A stretch of 64,000 nucleotides of DNA from Dehalococcoidia bacterium. GTDB taxonomy: Bacteria; Chloroflexota; Dehalococcoidia; SHYD01. The position numbers and the translations under genes were made by a program. Location: NCBI GenBank assembly GCA_009692945.1, contig SHYD01000001.1:11898-75897 (forward strand), given 5' to 3'. A model generated the notes under the pieces. That model made no database searches and was not told the DNA's origin. It worked only from the letters and a program-made list of their open reading frames with translations. How positions within the stretch are numbered: the first letter of the stretch is position 1; the number at the start of each line of letters is the position of its first letter. Of the stretch, positions 57,078 to 64,000 are shown piece by piece.

Positions 57078-58286
57078 TTGTCCCGGCCTCCCGGCGATGC
57101 TAGGATCACCGCAATGGGTGCTCCCGGCCGCCTGGGCATAAAACAGCGACTTCGCGGCGCCGGCCTCGGCCTGGCACTGACATCCCGACTCCAAAAAATA
57201 GCGCCCCCCGGGAAACCACTGGACCGCATCTTGGTGCTCCGCCCCGATCACCTCGGCGACCTCCTCCTCAGCACGCCGGCCTTGCGCCTGCTCAGAACAA
57301 CGGTTCCCGACGCCCAGATCACGTTGCTAACCGGGCCCTGGAACGCCGAAGCCGCCCACCATATCACCTCGGTCGACGAGGTAGTGACCGTCGATTTTCC
57401 CTGGTTCGACCGGCGACCGCATGCCCTCCCCTGGAACCCCTATCTCGTTATGCGGCAGGCGGCCGCCGCCTTGCGGGGTCACCAGTTCGACGCCGCAATC
57501 ATCCTGCGGCACGACTTCTGGTACGGCGCGGCACTGGCAGCGGCGGCGGGAATCCCCCTCCGCGCCGGGTACGACCTCCCGGAGTCGTCGCCTTTTCTGA
57601 CCGTACCGGTGCCGTTCCAAGGGGAGCGGCACGAGGCGACCCAAGCGTTCGAGTTGGTGCGCGCCGCATTTGCGCCGTCAAGCGGCGCTTCTCCCGGCCA
57701 CGCCGAGTTCGACACGACACCGCAAGAACAGGCCGAAGCCGGCCGGTGGCTCAGCGAGAATGCAGCCTCCGAACCGATCGTGGCCGTGCATCCAGGAGCG
57801 GGCGCCGCCGTGAAGCTGTGGGGTGCAGAACCCTTCGGGGAGGTGGTGCGCGCGCTGCGAGACCAGTACCGGGCAACCGTGGTGTTGACCGGTGGGAACA
57901 CCGAGCGCCCGTTGGTGGAGCAGATCGCATCGCAGGCCGGCGGCCCGGTTCCCATGCTCGTCGACGCCCCTCTGGGGGTGCTGGCCGCCGTGCTGGAGCG
58001 CAGCGCCCTCGCCGTTGGGGTCGACTCCGGCATCATGCATGTGGCTGCCGCGGTGGGCACACCCACCGTCCGGCTGTTCGGCCCCGTCAGCGCCGGCCGC
58101 TTCGGACCGTGGGGTGACCCGGAGCGGCATCGAATGGTGCGGGCCGAGCTTCCCTGCGTCCCCTGCGGCCGCCTCGATTTCCCCGAACACGAACTCCGGT
58201 TCCACCCGTGTGTGCGCTCAATCCGCGCCGGCCAGGTGCTGGAGGCGATCTCCTCCCTGCTGCCGGCGACAGCGAGGGTACAGTAG
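57078..58286 (+). CDS. Glycosyltransferase family 9 (heptosyltransferase-like), copy 2
   Basis: ..RILVLRPDHLGDLLLSTPALRLLR..; ..GVDSGIMHVAAAVGTPTVRLFGP... The N-terminal 40 aa are uncertain. Confidence 0.75.
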   Translation: MSRPPGDARITAMGAPGRLGIKQRLRGAGLGLALTSRLQKIAPPGKPLDRILVLRPDHLGDLLLSTPALRLLRTTVPDAQITLLTGPWNAEAAHHITSVDEVVTVDFPWFDRRPHALPWNPYLVMRQAAAALRGHQFDAAIILRHDFWYGAALAAAAGIPLRAGYDLPESSPFLTVPVPFQGERHEATQAFELVRAAFAPSSGASPGHAEFDTTPQEQAEAGRWLSENAASEPIVAVHPGAGAAVKLWGAEPFGEVVRALRDQYRATVVLTGGNTERPLVEQIASQAGGPVPMLVDAPLGVLAAVLERSALAVGVDSGIMHVAAAVGTPTVRLFGPVSAGRFGPWGDPERHRMVRAELPCVPCGRLDFPEHELRFHPCVRSIRAGQVLEAISSLLPATARVQ

Positions 58287-58288
58287 CC

Positions 58289-59419
58289 GTGCTCATCGGA
58301 ATCGATGCCAGCCGCGCGGTGGCGGACCAGCCAACCGGGACCGAGCACTACTCTCGGGAACTGATACGCCATATCCTGGCGGTAGCCGCGGGGCAACCGA
58401 ATGACCGCGCGTTCGTGCTCTACACCGCGCGCCAGCCCGGACCCGGCCTGATTCCGAAAGAGTCGCCGGCCGAACTGCGCGTGATGCCCTTCCCGCGGCT
58501 GTGGACCCACTTTCGCCTTTCCTTGGAGATGCTACGGAACCGGCCCGACGTGCTCCTGGTGCCGGCCCACGTCATCCCTTTGGTCCACCCCAAGATCAGC
58601 GTCGCCACGATCCACGACCTCGGCCACATCTATTACCCCGAGGCCTATCCAAGAGCCACGCTGAAGTACCTCTCCTGGTCCACGCGGCACAACATCAACA
58701 CCGCGGCCCACCTCCTCTCGGACTCAGAAGCGACCAAGCGCGATATCATCAAGCACTTCGGGGTCGCGGGGAAACGGATCACCGTGGTTTACCCGGGGGT
58801 GTCGCCGCGGTTCGGGCCGGAATATCCTCCGGCCGACCTCGCCGCGGTGAAAGCCGCGTACGGCATCGACGGACCCTACGTGCTTTACGTCGGCACGCTG
58901 CAGCCCCGAAAAAACGTCGAACGGCTCATCGAAGCCTTCGCCATGGCCAAGCGGGCCGCCGGGTTTTCGGAACGCCTGGTGCTGGCGGGGCGCATGGGGT
59001 GGATGCCCGAGGGGATCATGCGCCGCCTGGCGCAAATGGGCGAAGCGGTAACCCTGGCAGGCTACGTCCCGGAGACCGATCTGGGACCGCTGTACGCCGG
59101 AGCCACGGCCTTCGTGCTGCCGTCACTGTTCGAGGGTTTCGGCATGCCGGTCATCGAAGCGATGGCCTCGGGGACACCGGTCATCGCGGCCAACGCAGCA
59201 TCGCTCCCCGAGGTTTGCGACGACGCCGCGTTGCTGTTCGACCCCCACCAGACCGAGGAACTCGCGGAAGCCCTGTCACAGGTGTGCAGCGACCCCGGTC
59301 TCAGGGCGAAGTTACGAGCGCGCGGGTTCGAACAGGCCCGGCGCTTCACCTGGCGGGAGGCCGCCGCAAGGACACTGGACGTGCTCGATAGGGTGGCTCC
59401 GCCGGTGGGGGTCAGGTGA
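58289..59419 (+). CDS. Glycosyltransferase family 4 (GT-B, RfaG/WcaL-like)
   Basis: (GTG) LIGIDASRAVADQPTGTEHYS..; ..LPSLFEGFGMPVIEAMASGTPVIA.. EX7E-type motif. The six-frame start at 58208 overlaps the previous gene. Confidence 0.8.
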   Translation: MLIGIDASRAVADQPTGTEHYSRELIRHILAVAAGQPNDRAFVLYTARQPGPGLIPKESPAELRVMPFPRLWTHFRLSLEMLRNRPDVLLVPAHVIPLVHPKISVATIHDLGHIYYPEAYPRATLKYLSWSTRHNINTAAHLLSDSEATKRDIIKHFGVAGKRITVVYPGVSPRFGPEYPPADLAAVKAAYGIDGPYVLYVGTLQPRKNVERLIEAFAMAKRAAGFSERLVLAGRMGWMPEGIMRRLAQMGEAVTLAGYVPETDLGPLYAGATAFVLPSLFEGFGMPVIEAMASGTPVIAANAASLPEVCDDAALLFDPHQTEELAEALSQVCSDPGLRAKLRARGFEQARRFTWREAAARTLDVLDRVAPPVGVR

Positions 59420-60528
59420 AGCGGATCCTGGTGGTCAAGCTGGCTGACGTGGGCGACGTGCTGACGGCAACCCCCGCGTTGAGGGGGCTGCGCCGAACCT
59501 TCCCGTCCTCGGAGATCACCGCCCTCGTCTCCCCGCACTGCCGGGACGTATTGGATGGGAACCGCTCAGTCGACCGGCTGCTGCTCTTCGACAAACACCT
59601 CTTCGAAACCCGGGGCGGGTTGGGGACGCCGCGGGCGGCCGCCGCCATGGCCACCCTGGCGCTGACGCTGCGCCGCGCCCGCTTCGATTCGGTGGTGCTG
59701 CTGCACCACCTGACCACGCCGCTCGGGGCCGCCAAATACGCCGGACTCTGCCTGGCTGCGGACGCTCCGGTGCGGGCAGGACTCGACAACGGCCGGGGGG
59801 GCTTTCTGACCCACCGCGCCCCAGACCACGGGTTTGGCGCCCGCCACGAGGTGGAATATTGGAACGATGTGACCGGGCTGTTGGGCGCAGCCCCGGACTG
59901 CGGTCCCCTCGAGTTCCCGGTCTCGCCGGGAGACAGCGCCAACGCAGCAACCCTGCTCGACGGCATCCCTGGACCGTTGGTCGCGATCCACCCCGGCGCC
60001 GGGGCGTTCAGTCTCGCCCGCCGCTGGCCGCTCGATCGATTTGCGCGCGTCGTCGCGGCCATCACCACCAAACTTAATGCCTCGGTGGTGCTGGTGGGCG
60101 GCCGGGAAGAGGCCGGACTCGGGGCGGCGCTGGCCGAGGCCGGACAAGCCGGGCGCATCCGGGACCTGACCGCCCGGACGACGCTGGGCCAACTCGGTGG
60201 CGTCCTGGCCCGGTGCAGCCTGTTCGTGGGAAACGATAGCGGGGTGATGCACCTCGCCGCCGCGGTGGGCGCCCGCGTCCTCGCGCTGTTCGGCCCGTCC
60301 AATCACCGGGCATGGGGTCCTTGGACACCGAACAATCCGTCCATCGTCATCCGGTCGGGCATCCCGTGCAGCCCGTGCCTTTACCGGGGCCATTCCGTGG
60401 GCACACCTGAAGGCTGTCCCATCCGTCCATGCCTCAGCATGATCACACCAGAGCAGGTGGTCGACACCATTGAACAACTCCTTGCCGCCGGAACTCAGCC
60501 TGCGGTTATTAGGGATCCGGATCGATAA
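59416..60528 (+). CDS. Glycosyltransferase family 9 (heptosyltransferase-like), copy 3
   Basis: MKRILVVKLADVGDVLTATPALRGLR..; ..GNDSGVMHLAAAVGARVLALFGPS... 370 aa. Start overlaps the GT4 stop. Confidence 0.8.
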   Translation: MKRILVVKLADVGDVLTATPALRGLRRTFPSSEITALVSPHCRDVLDGNRSVDRLLLFDKHLFETRGGLGTPRAAAAMATLALTLRRARFDSVVLLHHLTTPLGAAKYAGLCLAADAPVRAGLDNGRGGFLTHRAPDHGFGARHEVEYWNDVTGLLGAAPDCGPLEFPVSPGDSANAATLLDGIPGPLVAIHPGAGAFSLARRWPLDRFARVVAAITTKLNASVVLVGGREEAGLGAALAEAGQAGRIRDLTARTTLGQLGGVLARCSLFVGNDSGVMHLAAAVGARVLALFGPSNHRAWGPWTPNNPSIVIRSGIPCSPCLYRGHSVGTPEGCPIRPCLSMITPEQVVDTIEQLLAAGTQPAVIRDPDR

Positions 60529-61228
60529 CCTGCCACGAGAACGGGCGCTGGCCCGGCTGGCAGCCTTTGCCGCTTCCGGAAAACCCCACCATATCGTCAC
60601 CGTGAACCCGGAATTCTTGATCCAGGCACAGGAAACCTCGGAGTTCGCGGGGGTGCTCAACGGAGCTGACCTTGCGCTGGCCGACGGCGCCGGGTTGGCG
60701 CTGGGGGCGCGGGTGTTGGGCCGTCGGCTGGCAGATCGCGTGCCTGGAGTCGACCTGATAGACCAACTCGCTGCCCATGCCGCCGCGGCGCATCAGAGCA
60801 TGTTCCTGCTGGGGGCGGCCCCGGGGGTGGCGGACGCCGCAGCCGCCGTGTTGATCTTGCGTCACTCAGGGCTCATCATCGCCGGCGCCTGGGCCGGTTC
60901 CCCAAGTGCTGCGGAGGAAAACGAAATCGTCGGAAGGATCGTGGCCGCCCGGCCACACTACCTCTTCGTCGCCTTCGGGTCGCCGCAGCAGGACCTGTGG
61001 ATCCACCGCAACCTGCACCGGCTTCAGGTCCCGGTCTGCATGGGCGTGGGCGGAGCGTTCGACTTCCTCAGCGGTCGCGTGCCGCGGGCGCCCCGCTGGA
61101 TGCGCTCGGCCGGGTTGGAGTGGGCCTACCGCTTGGGCCGTGAACCGTGGCGGTGGCGCCGCATGTTGCGGCTGCCCCGCTTCCTCTTCCTGGTGGTGCG
61201 GCAGCGCATCGAGGGGCCGGCGGCATGA
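60470..61228 (+). CDS. WecB/TagA/CpsF-family glycosyltransferase (GT26)
   Basis: ..HIVTVNPEFLIQAQET..; ..HYLFVAFGSPQQDLWI..; ..GVGGAFDFLSGRVPRAP.WM... The start is uncertain (overlaps the previous gene by ~60 nt if 60470 is used). Confidence 0.75.
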   Translation: MNNSLPPELSLRLLGIRIDNLPRERALARLAAFAASGKPHHIVTVNPEFLIQAQETSEFAGVLNGADLALADGAGLALGARVLGRRLADRVPGVDLIDQLAAHAAAAHQSMFLLGAAPGVADAAAAVLILRHSGLIIAGAWAGSPSAAEENEIVGRIVAARPHYLFVAFGSPQQDLWIHRNLHRLQVPVCMGVGGAFDFLSGRVPRAPRWMRSAGLEWAYRLGREPWRWRRMLRLPRFLFLVVRQRIEGPAA

Positions 61229-61292
61229 AAAGCGGCGGCGCAAATTAGGAGACCAGCCGTCTCTGGCGCGCTAACCTAGATTCAATGGACCT

Positions 61293-61340
61293 GCCGCATA
61301 AAATGCGGCGGCGCATCCCCGGCCAGGAAGGATGCGCCGC
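61293..61340 (-). terminator. Intrinsic terminator downstream of the Rieske pseudogene (minus strand); also closes the convergent GT26 gene
   Basis: ggcggcgcatcc..ggatgcgccgcc (12-bp stem) followed on the minus strand by GCAUUUUAUG. Adjacent small hairpin gccgcat-aaa-atgcggc. Confidence 0.6.
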
Positions 61341-61368
61341 CGACGAGGTGGGAAGGGAGAAAACGTTG

Positions 61369-62641
61369 TTAGGCCCGGGCCTCCGCCAGGATGTCCCAGG
61401 TTGCCTGGGTGGCCTCGATCTTGGCTGAGTCGGCGCTGTAGCCGGCCTCGCCGGGGATGTAGCGAACCGGGCGCTTCTTCCCGCCAACCTTCACCGCCTC
61501 GACAGGGAGCCGGATCGGGACCGACGGATCCCGGAAGACGTTTATCGGATCGAGTCCGCTTTGCAGGCGGTCCAGTTGCTGCTTCAGCTGGCGGCGGAAC
61601 AGAATGATACCTTTGTCCGATTCGCCCAGCTTCTCCCGGTGGCGCTCGGCAATCGGCCCCTGCTGCGCCCATGCCATGTAGTCCTGATTGAAGGTGTAGG
61701 CCACATTCCAATCGCCCTCTTCGTTGTACAGCGGCACGTACCAGAACGGGACCGACTCCTGCGCCGCCGCCTGGGTTCCGGGCGCCGCACGGAAGGTGTA
61801 CAGCGAGACGTGGAAGGTGCGTTCGTCGTCGATGGGAACCCTGAATTGAAGGGTTGAAATGAACCGGTCGCCGACCAGAAGGATGTTGGGGAACAGCACC
61901 GGGTGGCCCGTCTTCCAGTCCTCAGCCTCCTCGGTGAACCCCTCGATGACGCGCCGCTTGATGATGCCGTACTCAAAAACGTCGAACCCGATCTTCTGGT
62001 GGTTGCGAAGTTTGCCGATCCGCGGCGACTGATCCACCCCACCTTGGACCCGCTCGACGTATTCGCCGTAGTACGAGTGGAGCCACTCGGCGTGGACCGG
62101 GTCCAGCGAGTTCTCCTGGCACTGGAGCCAATTGCACGGCAACGCGGCGATCGCGATGTCTCTGACCACGTTGTCCCACATCAGGGGTTCCCCGGCCGGG
62201 AGCAGTGGCGCGGGCTGCGGCCCCAGGTAGGCGAACACCAATCCGGCCCGCTCCTCCACCAAGTAGGCCGCCACGCCGCACTTCTCCTTGAACCGCCCGT
62301 CGGGATGGACGGTCTCCTCGAAGGGCTGCTCAGTGCAGGCGCCGGTGTGGTCGAACTTCCAGCCGTGATACTGGCACCGCAGGCCGTCCTCTTCCACCAC
62401 GCCGTAGGCCATGTTCACCCCGGCGGTGAGGGCACCAACGATCAATCAGGCCCAATCTCCCGCTTCGATCGCGGTAGAGCACCAGGTCTTCGCCCAAGAT
62501 CCGCACCTCTTTGGTGCGGAAGGGGCTGGCGTCCACCTCACCGCAGGCCGCCACCGGGTGCCAGTAGCGCCGCATCAACGCCCCGATCGGCGTGCCCGGC
62601 CCGACTCTGGTGAGGAGTTCGTTCTCTTGCTTGTTGAGCAT
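61369..62641 (-). pseudogene. Rieske non-heme iron oxygenase paralog, frameshifted
   Basis: The N-terminal frame (62641-62330) reads MLNKQENELLTRVGPGTPIGALMRRYWHPVAA..LYRDRSGRLGLIDRWCPHRR, then junk. The second frame (62445-61369) continues ..VNMAYGVVEEDGLRCQYHGWKFD..LDPVHAEWLH... Compared with the intact paralog (CSHRRVNLAYGVV), there is one extra G in the G4 run at 62418-62421. Confidence 0.75.
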
Positions 62642-62764
62642 CCGTGACCTCCCGGTTTCAAGACGGCTTCACGATAGCCTCCACGGCGTGAGGAAACTGT
62701 GAAGAAGCCGTCCCGGCCGTGAGAAAAGCGTGAGGGAGCGGCCGGTCACCATCGGGACAGAAGA

Positions 62765-62792
62765 ACCGCCCGCCCTTCTCACGAAGGGCGGG
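62765..62792 (-). terminator. Possible terminator hairpin after the upstream Rieske paralog
   Basis: ccgcccgccc-ttctcacgaa-gggcgggcgg. Only a weak U-tract (uucuucu) follows on the minus strand. Confidence 0.35.
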
Positions 62793-62827
62793 CGGGAAAT
62801 CACGCTCGGGTTGACCAGTCCGGGAAA

Positions 62828-64000
62828 TCAGGGAGTCCCGCTACCCACCTTATCCCAGGTCGCGTAAGTGGCTTCGATCTGGGGGGCGTCGACACTGTAG
62901 CCGGACTCGCCCGGGACATAGGCCTGCGGACGTCCGCTGATGCCCCGCTTCACCTTTTCCAGCGGCAGCGCGATCATCCGGTTCTTCTCTGGATCACGGA
63001 AGGTGTTCATGGGGTCGCGCCCCGCCAGCACCGCATCGAGTTGCTGGCGCAGCAACCGGCGATAGAGGATGATCCCCTTGTCCCCCTCGCCCAGTTTCTC
63101 GCGATGCCGCTCGGCGATGGGGCCCTGTTGCGACCACGCCATGTAGTCCTGGTTGAAGGTGTAATCGACCACCCAACTCCCAGACTCATCGAACAACGTT
63201 ACCCAACGAACCGGGACGCTGGTCTGAGCCGGAGCCTCCGTTCCGGGCGCCGGCCGGAAGATGTATTGGGAGACATGCAGGGTATGGGTGTCGTCGATGG
63301 GGACCCGGAACTGCATGGTGGCCTGGAACTGGTCGCCCACCAGCAGGATGTGAGGGAAGAGGATGGGGTGCCCGTGGGCCCAGTCCTCATCCTCCTCGGT
63401 CCCGCCCTCCTGAACCCTCCGTTTGATGATCCCGTAGTCGAACACATCGAACCCGATCTTCTGGTGACGCCGGCCGATCCTCGGGAGTTGGTTGGGGGCT
63501 GGTTCAGTCCCGCGGCCGGGCAGCGTCCTCACATAAGAGCCAAAGTAGCCATGCAGCCACTCGGAATGGGTGGGGTCGACCGAGTTCTCCTGGCACTGCA
63601 GCCAGTTGCACGGCAGTTCGGTCACGGCGATGTCGCGCACCACATTGTCCCAAGCCAGCGGTTCCCAGCGGGGCAGCAGCGGCACCGGCTGGGGACCCAT
63701 ATAGGCGAAGATGAGGCCTGCCAACTCCTGTACCTGGTAGCCGGCGACGCCGCACTTCTCCTTGAACCGGCCATCGGGGTGAACCGTTTCTTCGAAGGGT
63801 TGCTCGATGCACGTACCGGCCTGGTCGAATTTCCAGCCGTGATACTGGCACCGCAGGCCATCCTCCTCCACCACGCCGTACGCCAAATTGACGCGGCGGT
63901 GCGAGCACCACCGGTCGATCAGGCCGAGGCGCCCGGAGCGGTCCCGGTACAGCACCAGGTCCTCGCCCATGAGCCGGACCTCTTTGGTGCGGAACGGGCT
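62828..64000 (-). CDS. Rieske non-heme iron oxygenase paralog (intact; N-terminus lies beyond the window end)
   Basis: ..SPFRTKEVRLMGEDLVLYRDRSGRLGLIDRWCSHRRVNLAYGVVEEDGLRCQYHGWKFD.. (Rieske CxH...CxxH). Fe site DPTHSEWLH. About 85% identical at protein level to the downstream pseudogene copy. The frame stays open to position 64000. Confidence 0.8.
   Translation of the reverse strand, partial: SPFRTKEVRLMGEDLVLYRDRSGRLGLIDRWCSHRRVNLAYGVVEEDGLRCQYHGWKFDQAGTCIEQPFEETVHPDGRFKEKCGVAGYQVQELAGLIFAYMGPQPVPLLPRWEPLAWDNVVRDIAVTELPCNWLQCQENSVDPTHSEWLHGYFGSYVRTLPGRGTEPAPNQLPRIGRRHQKIGFDVFDYGIIKRRVQEGGTEEDEDWAHGHPILFPHILLVGDQFQATMQFRVPIDDTHTLHVSQYIFRPAPGTEAPAQTSVPVRWVTLFDESGSWVVDYTFNQDYMAWSQQGPIAERHREKLGEGDKGIILYRRLLRQQLDAVLAGRDPMNTFRDPEKNRMIALPLEKVKRGISGRPQAYVPGESGYSVDAPQIEATYATWDKVGSGTP

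Noticed and set aside
1-64000. CRISPR arrays, transposases, integrases or prophage genes
   Set aside because: None seen. The dispersed repeats are not regularly spaced direct repeats with unique spacers, and no ORF resembles a transposase, recombinase or phage structural protein.

Overview
This is a 64-kb, high-GC (roughly 65-68% by eye, not computed) bacterial chromosomal segment, densely coding on both strands with about 55 genes. I could not identify any rRNA, tRNA, CRISPR array, transposase or integrase. The taxon cannot be fixed from the sequence. Gene content (caa3-type oxidase with a cytochrome-c-fused subunit II, a single clpP, GT9 enzymes) would fit a thermophilic high-GC lineage such as Chloroflexota, Thermomicrobia or Deinococcota, but that is a guess.

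Gene content by coordinate:
- 1-2769: leuB (partial), leuD, leuC, with a PhnB/VOC-family gene remnant wedged between leuC and leuD.
- 2837-9137: pyrD, a formyltransferase-family gene, clpX, clpP and tig.
- 9270-12903: a peptide-type ABC importer (SBP plus two permeases, no ATPase genes).
- 13074-20178: aspS, hemW, an odd glycine-rich protein, a second family-5 SBP and a Rieske oxygenase.
- 20251-23555: gyrA and a PuuD-like amidotransferase.
- 23652-34064: a long biosynthetic gene string that begins with an ilv leader-peptide attenuator, then ilvD-ilvB-ilvN-ilvC-leuA-yceD-rpmF-fabD-nusB-acpP.
- 34145-40462: a caa3 cytochrome oxidase operon preceded by heme O and heme A synthases.
- 40543-48302: ribD-ribE, dcd, a LonB-like protease, and an ECF-sigma/ogt(ada)/alkA unit.
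- 48797-51621: chrB-domain protein, ymdB, a PHP phosphoesterase and fabZ.
- 51640-61228: a glycosyltransferase cluster (three GT9, one GT4, one GT26) interrupted by a three-gene signalling module (histidine kinase, receiver, PAS-GGDEF-EAL).
- 61369-64000: two tandem Rieske oxygenase paralogs.

The most unusual thing in the window is a mosaic, palindromic, GC-rich intergenic repeat family. At least 10 copies of 120-380 bp sit only in intergenic gaps, share a terminal inverted repeat (about GTAAGAGTTCACTGTTGAGGG), carry a variable (GGGT)n G-quadruplex-type microsatellite, and occur in both orientations. They cause spurious N-terminal ORF extensions. Two copies bracket the signalling module, whose three genes all look decayed: a frameshift at a G6 run in the kinase, an in-frame amber codon in the receiver, and degenerate SGDEF and DAT motifs in the GGDEF-EAL protein.

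Other calls worth noting:
- a classic Ile/Leu/Val-rich leader peptide plus terminator upstream of ilvD;
- a G4-run frameshift in one of the tandem Rieske paralogs;
- an Ogt protein carrying a C-terminal Ada-type zinc domain downstream of an ECF sigma factor;
- a G11 homopolymer 2 nt after the aspS stop codon.
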